DNA of 64,000 nt from an uncultured Nitrososphaeraceae archaeon (GCA_963825865.1 CAWGVG010000026.1:96001-160000), one strand, 5' to 3'; counted from the stretch's first letter, positions 23,642-36,101 are shown. The notes: generated from the sequence alone by a model not told the origin. Program-made: numbers and translations.

Positions 23642-24216
23642 ATGCAAGCAAGGTCGTGAGAGAAAAGAAAATCAAAAGGCTTGTTGTAATTGGAGTCATA
23701 GGCAGCTATAGCTATAGGTATTGGTATAGTTGTAGCAACTTCAAAGGTACCATTACAAGCTAGTGCTGTACCAACAATAGATGGAATACAATGTAACCCG
23801 TCTGAAAAATTTGTTTTACATAATCATGTGCATATTGATACTTTTATCAACGGTCAACGTTATACTGTTCCATCGCAAATTGGCATTATACCTGAAAGAT
23901 GCATATATTGGCTACATACACATGACGATTCTGGAATTATACATATAGAGTCACCTGTAGTAAAGAATTACACACTGGACAGTTCTTTGATATATGGGAT
24001 AAGAAATTCAATAACTCACAAATATTTGATAATGTGGCTAATGGTAAAAATAATAATAACAATAATACGTTGAGTGTATATGTTAATGGCCAAAAAGTAA
24101 GCAACGGAGCAAATTATAGAGATATCAAGCTTAATGAACATGACCAAATTGCAATAGTTTATGGCAAGCCCCCAACTAGCATACCTACAAAATACGAATT
24201 CCCAAAGGGATTGTGA
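23642..24216 (+). CDS. membrane-anchored protein with HTHD..G.IHIE motif (frameshifted; start approximate)
   Basis: N-terminal TM, IDGIQC, HNHVHI, YWLHTHDDSGIIHIESP. Confidence 0.7.
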
Positions 24217-24315
24217 TGATGATAATAATAATCTAGTTGAATTATAGCACCTGTTTAATCAGCTGTGAATACTGTTTGAACGGGTTGTTCTGGTTGGAAT
24301 ACAGCTATCGTAAAG

Positions 24316-24728
24316 TCAGATGGGTACAGCACAATTAGGGTCTGTAGCCAAACAAACAACATTTTTTATTACTCTCAAGGTTGTTGTTGGTGTTGGCTGT
24401 GGTGTTGGTGTTTGTGGCGCTGCTGCCTTCCCTCTTGCTGTACAGGTTGCGTTTTCGCCTGGATGGGTGCATATCAGGTTTTCACATTCTTGGTTCACTG
24501 GATGTATCAAATCCACTTGCAGACCCTCTATTCTTACATTCCTCAATGGTAACCGTGTTGCCATTCTTACTATTTTCTTGTTGTTGTCCTCCTACTCCTT
24601 TCTTACTAACAGGCAGCAAATGCTAACTGCGTTGTTGCTGTTCTCGCTGCAAACGTTGCTCCTATTACTAACGTTGCAATCATAAAGATTGCGACTATTG
24701 CTGGAGTCGTTGTGTTGTTCTTATTCAT
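24316..24728 (-). pseudogene. truncated exported protein (signal peptide, Pro/Thr linker)
   Basis: MNKNNTTTPAIVAIFMIATLVIG..., PQTPTPQPTPTTTLRVIKNVVC. Confidence 0.45.
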
Positions 24729-24828
24729 TGTAAGCAATAACAATGTTATATATATTTGAAGTGAGTAAGTTAATGCTGGCTTATCTAAGATAATTATTGA
24801 CGATATGAAACAAGGTGATATTATACTA

Positions 24829-25695
24829 CTACAAAATTATAATAAATAAAAACGATAACATCAATCTCTCTATATATCTGCTGATAAAGCTAATTACACA
24901 ATATGATACTATAATAATTCTATACAATCTAATATCTCTCTGTTGAAAGAGAGATTTATCACGTATAATATAAGACTCTTGTGTTATTTTCTCATGCTGC
25001 CTTTTCCTGAACTCAAAATACTCGTTTAATGCGGCCATACACTCAGGTGTTAATAGAGCATTGTATCTAGAATTTTTAGACTGCGGATAGATACTTAAAA
25101 TACCAATGTTATTCTCTTGCAATTTCTTGAGATGCTTTATCTTTAATTCCTTGATAGCTCCTACTCTTATTCCGGTAGATGACATTAGTAAAATTAGACA
25201 GCGATCTCTGGGATCAGCTTCAGACAAGAGTTTTGCGATTTCATCTCTTGTATAAGCTCTCAAATTATTAGTAACTTGTTCAGGACAATATTTTACATCT
25301 TTTTCCAGTTTAGCATTGTTTCATTAAAGTCAAGGAAAGATTGTATGCCAGCCAAATAATTTTTAATGGAGTTTACAGATATTTCACCTCGTTTTGCTTT
25401 ACCGACCGATTGCTTAGCATTCTGTTTAAGGTGTATAATGTAGTTAAGAACCATATTCCTTATTTGTTCTGTTTTTAATTGAATTAAAGAATCAGGGTCA
25501 ATACTGTGATATTTGCAAAATAATGAAAGGTGAATCCTATATAGTTTCTTTGTAGCTTGGGAATTATATCCCTCTAGCCATATTTTGCAGGAGTTATAAC
25601 TTTCTAATTCTAGCTTGGCGAAACCACAGTTTGTCTTTGGGGCGGCGGCAATGGTAGTGGTGGTGGTAGAGGTAGTACCTCATAATAGCAGTCAT
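24829..25695 (-). pseudogene. tyrosine recombinase/integrase, C-terminally truncated
   Basis: SVNSIKNYLAGIQSFLDFN, RAYTRDEIAKLL, ILLMSSTGIRVGA; no HxxR or catalytic Tyr region follows. Confidence 0.8.
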
Positions 25696-25934
25696 CCTAT
25701 ATTTACAAGTCCCCAGCTATTAACCATACTAAAAGGTTTAGTTAATGTATTAAAACTTGAATTCAACAAATACAAATTACCTGTATCTATAAGAAGTAGG
25801 CTTCTATGCAGCAAGGCTTAACTGCGGTGTATATATATCAATAACAGAAATAACTACCGCATTTACAGATTACAGGTGGCATTCCAGTATAAAAGAAAGG
25901 AGACTGGAAAGAATCTTCTCTGCTTTATTATGGT

Positions 25935-27204
25935 TCAAGCTGAAGAAAGAACTATTCTATATATGGCTCCGCTATATGAAAGAACATACAGATATCCATC
26001 AGGTCCTACCTGTATATCCGTAATGCCACCAAATCCATTTCCAAAGGCGATTTCCTGCGGGTTAGTTGCAACTTTACCGACAAGTAATCCTGTTCTCTGC
26101 TCGTTGAGCTTAAAGTTATAAAGATTGCCATTGATTATATCTCCTACAAACATATCATTTTGATATTGTTGGCCTAACTTCTCAGAGTTGAGGAATTTGA
26201 GTGCAGTAGGGCCAACTGGCTGATTCCATACAAATTCAGGATCACGATATGTTCCTTTTCCATTTATATTTACCAAAACATTAGCTGGATTAAGTTGACG
26301 AGCCTGTGCTGACCCTTGAATCTTTGTCCATCCGCTATTGAACCCCGGTTCTACAAGGTTAATTTCATCACCAAAGGTCGGACCATTCTCTGTATCCCAT
26401 AGCTTTCCTGTAACAGGATCAAAATCAATTCCAAAACTGTTGCGTATTCCATAAGCATAGTATTTGTTTAAAGTAGGGTCTGTATCGTTACCCAGAGGGC
26501 TGTTTGGTATTACTGCATCACCATCCTGTGTAACTCTAAGTACACCACCTGTGCCATCAGGAAGTGGTCCGCCTATTGCGTTTTCACTTTGTGTCATATG
26601 ACCTCCTACGTCACCGATAATAAGATATACATTATTATCAGGACCAACCACAAGCTTCCCACCATTATGCTCGAAACGAACAGAGTTGGGATTGCTTGGG
26701 ATAGCAGGCAGATCTAAAAGAAGTTTGGGATTTATTAATTGATTATTTGCCAATTCGTACCTATATAAACGATTACCGATCGAGTTATCTACTCCACCAC
26801 CTGCTTCCGTATAATACAAGAATACATAGGTAGTGGGTCCATTCCTTGTTACGGCAATTCCTAGCATGCCTCTTTCAACTTGGGTAGCAACATTAGCATG
26901 TAGTAGTGGCTGTGGAAGCATTTGTCCATTCGTAATTCTATGTACAGTTACCAGTATTTTTCTCCAAAACCAAAATATCATTTGGACCTAAAAACGCCAT
27001 GCTCGTTGGGCGAACAAGGCCTGTAAATACTGTCTCTACCTTGAGAGCAGGATCATTAATTGTCGGTCCACTTGCTGATGGAGATGGTATGGTGTATGCA
27101 GCATAAGCAAAGTGTCCAGAAAGTGCTAAAAGTCCTGCCAGAAGAGCTAAGCTTGTAATAAGGACAGCTGATGAAAGTCCAACATTCTTCCTCATAATCA
27201 ACAA
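25935..27204 (-). CDS. PQQ-dependent glucose/sorbosone dehydrogenase family (frameshift)
   Basis: ERGMLGIA, HNGG, YAYGIRNSFGIDFDP, LWDTENG. Confidence 0.9.
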
Positions 27205-27446
27205 ACGTTGTCAATTCCAAACGTTTCTCTCTGGTATTTGAATGTAAGTAAACTATGTTAAATAACATTTATCACTAGCAGCCGCACCCAACCAGGGATC
27301 CTTATGATGGGTATATCATATTCAAGGGAGAAGGGACTGCGATGGAGTTAAATTAATTTTAATAAGCGCATAAAATTCTACAAAAGGTATAATACTATGT
27401 CAATCTTTAATAATAAAAATACAAGTCGTTCCTGTTTTTTGTCACT

Positions 27447-28631
27447 ATGATGTTACTAATCTTTATATCATCAAACATACATGATACATTGTATATGATA
27501 AATTATACGAAGAACAGAAGCCCAGATGAGATTATTTCATCCATTTTACAGGCTGCTTACGGAGGATCATCCAAGACAACAATTATGTATAAAGCGTTCA
27601 TAACCTATGACCAGTTGAACGAATTTCTATCGCTTCTAGTAGAAAAAGGGTTGATGGAGTATCGAGAAGGAGAGCGAAGTTTTAGAACTACAGATAAGGG
27701 AATAGGTTTCTTGCAGAACAACATAAAATCAACACAATTCAATAAAGTTCTGATAGTTGGGCTTGGTCAATTAGGGCTTCCTGTAGCTAAATATGTAAAG
27801 GAGAGAGGATTTGATGATGTCTATGGATACGATATAAGCCCTGAAGCGATGGATCGTGCAGAAAAAACAGCAGGAATAAAGAAAGCTAATGATTTTAGTG
27901 ATTTTGATGTTTATGTTTTATGCGTCTCTACTCACAAATCTGACGATATATTCTCGCCACAGGTAGAAGGTCTATTATCTATAGTAGAGAGAATTTCAAA
28001 GGAAGCAAAGAGAAATGGAGCACTTCTATCAATAGAAAGTACCATTCCAAAGGGAACATCAAAGAAAGTGTTTGAAATACTCAATCACAGACTGCATGTA
28101 GCTCATGCGCCCCATAGATGGTATTCTTTAGAAGAAAAAGAGCATGGTGTAAATCAGCTACGCATTGTTGGTGGAGTTTCTAATTGTTGTCTTGAAGCGG
28201 CCATGCAGTTCTATAATGGAAAAAGCTCTTTTGAAAATATTGATAATGATGAAAATGTCAACAACAACAACAATTCAATCGATTCTACTACTACTAATAC
28301 TAGTAGCATGCCATCAAAAACAAGAAAAAGCCTAGGGATTCCTATGCATCCAGTTTCAGAAATAGAAATGGCTGAATTAGCAAAGATTGTTGAAAATGCT
28401 CATAGATATTTGCAAATTGCATTCGCTGAAGATCTTTACCTATACTGCCAAGCAAATAACATAAACTTTCCGGAATTGCGAGATGCTCTGAATACTAAAT
28501 GGAATGTGCACATTTTAGAACCAAGAGAAGGGATTGGAGGACATTGTTTGCCAAAGGATACTAAAATGTTCTTGCAATCGTCTCAATCTATAAAAAGTAA
28601 AATATTGACAGCTCGCCGTAGAAGTAGATGA
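27447..28631 (+). CDS. winged-HTH fused to UDP-glucose/GDP-mannose dehydrogenase-family N-terminal and central domains
   Basis: RSPDEIISSILQAA..SKTTIMYKA wHTH, then GLGQLG, IESTIPKG, AKIVENAHR, GGHCLPKD. Confidence 0.8.
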   Translation: MMLLIFISSNIHDTLYMINYTKNRSPDEIISSILQAAYGGSSKTTIMYKAFITYDQLNEFLSLLVEKGLMEYREGERSFRTTDKGIGFLQNNIKSTQFNKVLIVGLGQLGLPVAKYVKERGFDDVYGYDISPEAMDRAEKTAGIKKANDFSDFDVYVLCVSTHKSDDIFSPQVEGLLSIVERISKEAKRNGALLSIESTIPKGTSKKVFEILNHRLHVAHAPHRWYSLEEKEHGVNQLRIVGGVSNCCLEAAMQFYNGKSSFENIDNDENVNNNNNSIDSTTTNTSSMPSKTRKSLGIPMHPVSEIEMAELAKIVENAHRYLQIAFAEDLYLYCQANNINFPELRDALNTKWNVHILEPREGIGGHCLPKDTKMFLQSSQSIKSKILTARRRSR

Positions 28632-29235
28632 GGAATATAGACAGTGAAGCTCTCGACAGGTAATAAAGTAGTGTCGACTCCTCTCAACGTAGTAAATGGT
28701 ACTGGATAGCATTCTTTACCATTTTCATTATTTTGGAATAAGGGTTAGATTTTAGCATTTCATCATTACAGATTTTAATACTCATTAAAACGTGAATGTT
28801 TTATTTATGGATCTCAGCGACTAAGCAATTATGAGTAATGAATACGATTTTATATATTGTATTTTGTGACTACTTATTTACCGATTATTCCATACACTGT
28901 ATTTAGTCATTACGATATGAAATATCTTAAAATGGATCAAGACGACAACAGGGTGTTTATTTGACAAGTGAATCTGATATTGAAAGGCTTGGAACTTTGA
29001 TTGCTATTCCAGCAAGGTTCTTCCCATTAAATCTTATATCAATCTATACCCTGATTGTCTCTAAATTGGTTTTCTTGATTTAAAACGAACCATCTCCACA
29101 GCATCGTCATACTAACCAGCAATTGAAACCAGAAAATATCTTCAGACGAATTATTTGAAATATGTGTGTAGTAATCACTAAGAGTACATATCTAAAATTT
29201 TATAAATGGACAGATTAAACATAGACGCAACTTAA

Positions 29236-30241
29236 ATGGATACAAATCGGGGAGTAGTATATCGATTTAGCGAATCTGAACTGGCCCTTGATCAATTTGC
29301 CGATGATGTAGAAAAAGGACTTGGCTCTCAAAGCAAGTATCTCAAACCAAAGTACTTCTATGATCAAATCGGTTCAAAAATATTTGAACAGATATGCATA
29401 CAACCAGAATATTATATAACACATATAGAATCTGATATACTAAGAAATAATTCTCCTAACATTGTCAGCATGTGCAACGGTGATATCAGTATAGTGGAGC
29501 TCGGAAGCGGCAGTTCCTCTAAGACTCGAATTCTCTTGGAGCATACGTTGGAAAAACAGACCTTTCTCTACTATTTTCCTATAGATGTCTCTCATAACAT
29601 ACTCCATCAGACGGTTCGAAATCTCTCTTCAGATTTTTCAAATCTTCGTACAGATAGGGATTTCTTCAGATTATGCTATTGGTATAGAAAAGGCTACGGA
29701 GTTAATTATTACTCAATCTCCTGTTACATCAAGAAAACTAATACTTTTTTTAGGATCGAGCATAGGAAATTTTGAACCGTTTGAAGCAAGGTCTTTCCTT
29801 CAGATGCTAAAAGACTTGATGAACAATAAGGATCTTCTGCTAGTAGGATTTGACCTGCAAAAAGAGCCAAAAATACTTGATGCTGCATATAATGACAGGG
29901 CTGAAATGACAGCTAAATTCAATCTTAATCTACTATCGCGAATTAACAGAGATCTAGGGGGAGAATTTGACATCAAAAAGTTTAATCATTATGCATTTTA
30001 TAATAAAAATAAGGAGAGAATAGAGATGCATTTGGTGTCAAAGGTCAATCAGAACGTGCACATCCAAATTATAGATGCAACATTTAGGTTTAAAGAAGGA
30101 GAATCAATCCATACAGAAAATTCATACAAGTATTCACTTGAACAGATACAACTTCTAGCTGAAGAGAGTGGCTTTGAACTAAAAACGAATTTCTTAAATC
30201 AAAGAAAATGGTTTGACTTAGCCCTCTTATCTCCATTATAA
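29236..30241 (+). CDS. egtD: L-histidine N-alpha-methyltransferase (frameshift)
   Basis: PKYFYD..GS.IFEQIC..PEYY, ELGSGSSSKT, FLGSSIGNF, AYND, IHTENSYKY. Confidence 0.93.
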
Positions 30242-30280
30242 CGAAATTAAATTGAATAGCATTGACACACACAATATCAA

Positions 30281-31628
30281 TTAAATGTCAATGGCACAGC
30301 GGAAGCCTGAGAAAAGTATTCTTTCCTGCGGCTTGAAATAATTTCGGTAGCTGTTCCTTATCTGATCGGTTGGGGTAGCAAAGCTTCCTCCTCGAAGTAT
30401 CTTTTGATTTATTGCCCATTTGTTTGTATATTCAGAAAACTTTGGCTTAAAGCCAGGATAGAGAACATATTCTGAAGATGTCCACTCCCATACATCACCT
30501 ATCATCTGATAGCAGCCATAATAGACTCTTACCATCTGGAAATGAACCTACCTTAGATGGGGCCCATAAGCAAGACTCAAGTAAATTACTTTGTTTTGGA
30601 GTAGGTTTTTCATCTCCCCATGGATATAAAGTCTTTTTTTGTAATTCTTCATTCCAACTTGCAGCTTTTTCCCATTCTGCTTCTGTAGGAAGTCTTTTTC
30701 CAGCCCAGTTAGCATAAGCATTGGCTTCATAGTAACTTACATTGGTTACAGGTTCATCAGGGTCAATTTCTCTCATACCTCGAAAGTCCTTTTTCATCCA
30801 TGCATCATCTTCTTCTTTCCGCTCCCAGTAAAGTGGAGCTTTCCATTTTTCCTCCTTTACAAGTTCCCAGCCATCGGCTAGCCAATAGTGGAAATCATCG
30901 TATCCATCATCCTCAATAAACTTCATAAATTCGCCATTAGTCACAGGTCCCACGTCTATTTTGAAAGTAGGAAGGTAAACCTTATGCTCCGGAAGTTCAT
31001 TATCATAGCAAAAACCCCCGCAGCTAAAACCTAATTCGTATATCCCACCAGGTATTTCAACCGTGCCGGTGGGCTTTTTTACTTGCTCAGAAGGTGGCGC
31101 TAATCTGCTTATAGGTTTATAATTATCGGCAGGATCTGGGAAGCGCTGGAAGTAATGCTGGAAGTCATAAATCATAAGTTCCTGATGCTGCATTTCATGC
31201 TGGTTGGATAGCTTAATATCATATTTTAGTTCTTCTGATAATTTGTTAGAAGATTCCGTCTTGTTCAAAAACGAAATGACCTTTTCTTCAATAAATGTTC
31301 TATACTTAAGAGTCTCATTTACAGTTGGTCTTGGAAATTTACCCCTCTCGGATTTAGGAAGTATCTTCCCAAACTTCTGGTAGTAAGAGTTAAGGTATTC
31401 CAAATTGACATTTTCGTTAGAATAAATCTCTTCTCCGTATTTTTCCAAAATCTTTTGGAAGAACCAAGTTACATGGGCAATATGCCAGTTTGCAGGACTT
31501 CCAAAAGTATTTGACTGCATAACTGCATCCTCAATTTTTAACGGTTTGAATAGGTTAGATGTATTTTTTCTAACCTTAATGAAGTCAGCAAGCAAATCAT
31601 TGATGCCTTCGCTGAGTATTTGAGTCAT
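30281..31628 (-). CDS. egtB: ergothioneine biosynthesis sulfoxide synthase (frameshift)
   Basis: [22 protein letters not shown] iron motif, [14 protein letters not shown]...LRGGS. Confidence 0.92.
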
Positions 31629-32043
31629 ATTATATCGAGATCTCTAAAACTTATTAATAGTTTCTTATTTCATGTAGTCAATCTTCAAAGAAGTAAAAAT
31701 GGAAAATAAATGAAAAAACCTGCAGACATAAGAAATAATTATTTTTTTAATTTTCTATGATAGAGCGTGGAGTAGTTTTACAATAATGATAACAGTATTG
31801 CTAGATTATGGTATTATATGTTAGTGACTATTTACCTACGGAAGTTGTGTTAGTTAAAAGATAGTCTCACACTTTGAGAGCATTTTGCATTGCACGGAGG
31901 AATTATTGTCATTATTGTTATTTTTTTATTATTATTGTGTTGTAAATATTTATCTTCTTAAAGTCAAGATGCAATATACTACTAACCTGTATAGCATAAT
32001 AAATTCAAGGTATAAACTTAAATCCTTGAGTAGACATTACTAT

Positions 32044-32285
32044 ATTGTCCGGCTAGCCGAAAGAGATGAAAATCCGTCATTCAGATCTGCATAGTAGGTA
32101 AAGGCCTGCTATGTTTAAAGAAATGATGTGTTGGCATCATATGAACTATAGGTATTCTGCTAGTCTGAGAGATTTAGCAAATAGTCCAATCGTGTGGTGT
32201 TAAGGGCAAACCACAAGGCTGCGTGGAACCTGTGGGCTCAGTCTTGAATGGAAAGCCACATGTCTTCGAGTCTTAGTCGGATAAT
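32044..32285 (+). ncRNA. candidate structured ncRNA, copy 1
   Basis: Terminal helix ATTGTCCGGCTAG/TTAGTCGGATAAT, internal hairpins, motifs shared with 53168-53402, TTAAAT ~25 nt upstream. Confidence 0.7.
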
Positions 32286-32364
32286 CTTAAATGTATTTTT
32301 TGAATCTCGATACAAGAGTCAATATAGATTAATTAACAATAAAAAATTGGGCATAAGGGGTAGC

Positions 32365-33493
32365 CTAAGGTATTGCTTCTATGCTTGGTTTTTCTCCTCC
32401 TATACTCCCTTCTATTATTGTTCCTAACCCTTTATCTTTGAGAACTTCATTCAGAATTGTTAAATCATATATTCCTGATAGATCAGGCCTCTCTTTTCCC
32501 TTTGCCAAAAAACCAAGGTTATATGCATCATTTGCTGATTTGAAAAGTGAGACTTTTAACGGATCGTACGTAAATTCTATTCTTGGCCAAGCTTGTTGCA
32601 ACTCATCTTCATTAATAGTGTGTCCAGTAAGTTTTTTGAGTTCAATATTGAATGCCTTTATCGCTTCTTCGCTATGACTATTTATCCATATGGTCTCGGT
32701 TATATGTGCTGCCAAGTATTTTCTTTATTACATCTGGATTTTGTTGCAAATAATCTGTTCTGGCAACTATATTTGTCGTTACAAACTTACCGCTTGGCCA
32801 TAAGTCTCTTTCATCTAGAAGTATTTTTCCATTGGCTTCTTTAACTAGTCTTGCAGCCCAAGGTTCCGGCACCCATGCACCGTCGATCTGTTTCTTTAAA
32901 AACAAAACCAGTATGTCTGCATTTTCTGCTGGAATAACTTCAACATTTCCTCCGTTCTCTTTTGTTTTATATCCATTATCCTGCAAATATTTCCGAAGAG
33001 CTACATCTTGTGTATTTCCAAGCTGCGGCGAGGCGAATTTTTTATTTGCAAAATCCTTGGCTGAGTTAATTCCTGAATCATTTCTGACCACAAAAACTGC
33101 CCCTCCACTAGATGCACCTGAAATAATTCTGAGATCTTTTCCTTCAGATACCACATAACCATTGATTGCAGGATTAGGACCAACGTATGCCACATCTATC
33201 CTTTTTGCAATCAAAGCTTCAATCGCTGTAGGACCCGCGTTAAAGGTGTAAGTATGGATTTGTATGTCATTTCCTAAGGCTTTTTGAAAATTATTGTTAC
33301 CTAAACCTATCACAGCTTGAGCGTGATTTATGTTGGGAAAATATCCTATATTCAAAACCTTTATTTTATTACCGCTACTTCCTGTACTATTGTTGTTTAT
33401 AGTCTGTGCAGTCCCTATAGATGGCATGTGAATAATGGCTGCAATCAGGATCATTGACACAAGAGTTATTGTCAACTTTATTTTTGTATCCAT
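32365..33493 (-). CDS. ABC transporter substrate-binding protein, SsuA/NitT/TauT family (frameshift)
   Basis: IGYFPNINHAQA, YVGPNPAINGY, PQLGNTQDVALR, AWVPEPW. Confidence 0.9.
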
Positions 33494-34423
33494 TGGTGTT
33501 AGTGAAAACGATATTCACTGAATATTATTGCTACCACATATGCAGTTTTTGAGTTTTATATGCAAACCTATGCCAGTTAACTGGAGATTATGCACGTTTC
33601 AACATATATTTCAATTTCAAATTCAAAAATATGAGATGGCTGCACTTCATGTTTTACACAAATCCCATAGCGCTTGTTAAAAAATCCATCAGTAATCAAT
33701 AAAGGCTTTTTCAGCAAACAATGCATCTATTCCTTTAATAGGATATGGAGAAGCAGTTGTATGGTTTATTTTTTCCTCGAGCGGTATCATTTATCACTAT
33801 AGAACCAAAAGAAAAAGTACCCGCAAGCCCATTGCTATCAAAACAGCGCCAATAGCATTGGAATTTTTGATTTCTTGCTATAATGCAAGAATGCAAGCAT
33901 AATACCAGCAAAAGGTCGTTTATCTTTTTCTTCCATGACATAATAGCGGTAAATATCCTAATTAACGGCAGTTACAATAGCTCCTTGCTCTTGATGTCTC
34001 ATCATATCTACTTTAAACTGTTTGATTATGTATAATTTCTGTAGATGCTTGGTAGAATAAGAATTAGAAGAGGCTTAAGAAGATCCTCTGTTCATTTAAT
34101 AACTGGAGCAGGATTCATAACACGATGGTTCATCGATGATGAAAGAAACATTGCACATTTTGACTGAAATGAGTGGATCAATTATAACAAGTGTTACTAA
34201 TGATTAGTAAAATTAATAAGCAAAACGCAGATGAAGGATCGCATAAGACCATAGAAGATTAAATTTATAGAATAGAGAATCAGTTTTCGAATAACTACCT
34301 ACGAAGCCTATATTCTGTAATCAGACTGTGAGACGTTCCATATGATGTATAGAGGTTCTCCAGAGATGATTCTCCAGTTAAATTATAACTATGATGGTTG
34401 ACGGATTGGCTAGCCTACATAGT

Positions 34424-35019
34424 CTAATGTGGAACCTCTCTTTGAATGTTCCATTTTTTTAATTTCTTGGAATAATTTGTAAAGATCATTTTGCAATACA
34501 GATCGTAAATTCCTATTATAAATTGCAAGCGGCAGGATGAATAGTTAGAAAGTATTTTTGACCATTTTTCTTTACAATTTTTCCTCGATTTGTAGTAATT
34601 GATTTTCCCCCAAGAATTGAGGAATATGCGGTAGCTCCCAAAATGCAAATGATTTCTGGTGCAATAAGAGAAATTTGTCTATCTAGATAAGGTCTGCATG
34701 CTATGCGTTCATCATCGTCAGGTACCCTGTTAGCAGGTGGTCGACATTTTACAACGTTAGTTATAAATATAAGAGATCTTTGTATTCCTGCTTTTTCTAA
34801 TGCTTCATTTAAAATCTGTCCTGCAGCCCCTACAAACGGCTTTCCCTCATCATCTTCATTTTTACCCGGTGCTTCTCCGATAAACATTAATTTTGCGGAC
34901 AGTTGTCCTTCTCCAGGTACCGCATTTTTTCTACTTCGTGAGAGTTTACAAAGTGGGCAGCCAATGACTTCTGTTGCAATTTTCTCTAACGAGTCGTTTG
35001 GAACATTACGAGTGGCCAT
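34424..35019 (-). CDS. udg: uracil-DNA glycosylase family 4
   Basis: CPLCKL, FIGEAPG, PFVGAAG, NVVKCRPP, HPAA. Confidence 0.92.
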
Positions 35020-35197
35020 TTACCTTGATATGTGTTACATTGCCTGTAAAGATTTTATCTAATATTACTAAGTATACGTCATAAAAATGTGGTATTGTAA
35101 TAAGTGGTCTTTTAGGGATAGTGATTCTTTGCATAATTTAAATCCATGCGATAGATAAACAATGCATTTAATATCATAAGATACAAAGAATGATTTC

Positions 35198-35671
35198 ATG
35201 ACAATCAAAGAACCTTTTAAAATGATTGTATATATTCAGGAATTTGACAAATACGACAGTAATGGTAATTTATTATGTAGAAATACCATGTGTCCCAACC
35301 ATCCCAAATCACCATATAGAAAATACTGCTCTAAGAAATGTAATAAAGATTTTCGACGCTGGTATTATCATAATTTTTATTGGGAGCGTATTAGATCAGA
35401 TATTTTCAAACGTGATAATTATACCTGTCAGATCTGCAAAAGAGCTTATCCTTATACATACAGAAGGAAATTTGCAAGATCTAAAAATTTAGAGTGTGAT
35501 CACATCATACCCCGATCACTATATCGACAATTAGGCTACAAATATGATACAATTGAAAACAAAGTTAGAGCGACATTAGACTTCTTCCATAATCATAAAA
35601 ACCTTAGAACCCTTTGCCATGATTGCCATAGACAAGTAACATCAAAATATCTTAGCGGTAAACTCAAGTAA
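35198..35671 (+). CDS. HNH endonuclease with N-terminal zinc motif
   Basis: RDNYTCQIC, ECDHIIP, NLRTLCHDCH. Confidence 0.88.
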   Translation: MTIKEPFKMIVYIQEFDKYDSNGNLLCRNTMCPNHPKSPYRKYCSKKCNKDFRRWYYHNFYWERIRSDIFKRDNYTCQICKRAYPYTYRRKFARSKNLECDHIIPRSLYRQLGYKYDTIENKVRATLDFFHNHKNLRTLCHDCHRQVTSKYLSGKLK

Positions 35672-36101
35672 TAACGAATACAAGTCAAATGTCAATTGAA
35701 TAGTAAATATCGGTAGTATCAAAAACATCAACAGCGAACAATGCAGCTGGTCACGGTCAAATTATAGTAAATCATGTAATCTGATAGGAATTCGGTTATC
35801 CATTTTTAGTTTAGAACAGTAATATAGAAAATAGCCTCTCCTTCTAAGCATACAAGGAAAAATATATTGAATGAAATTAGAAATGTTAGCAATCATTTCT
35901 ATTTAAAAAAGAGATGAAAGAATTATATATGCGCAGGTGCTCGAGATTTTTCCTGCCTATCTATCTATTCTAAAAAAACAGTTCAGAAGTAAATATGTAT
36001 GTATTATAATATACTGATTGACTATGTTGTGACAGAAAATATGTCACAAAATCGAAAAAAACATAGGTATAATTGGTTGTAAAAGTCAGTTATGACTATC
36101 T

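Noticed and set aside
31885-32094. 69-aa ORF overlapping the 5' end of ncRNA copy 1
   Set aside because: Low-complexity, TTG start, no counterpart at copy 2
32044-32285. Structured element as RNase P or SRP RNA
   Set aside because: Only loose resemblance; no GAGGAAAGUCC or matching 3' P4 strand, no SRP helix-8 motif, and two diverged copies are present
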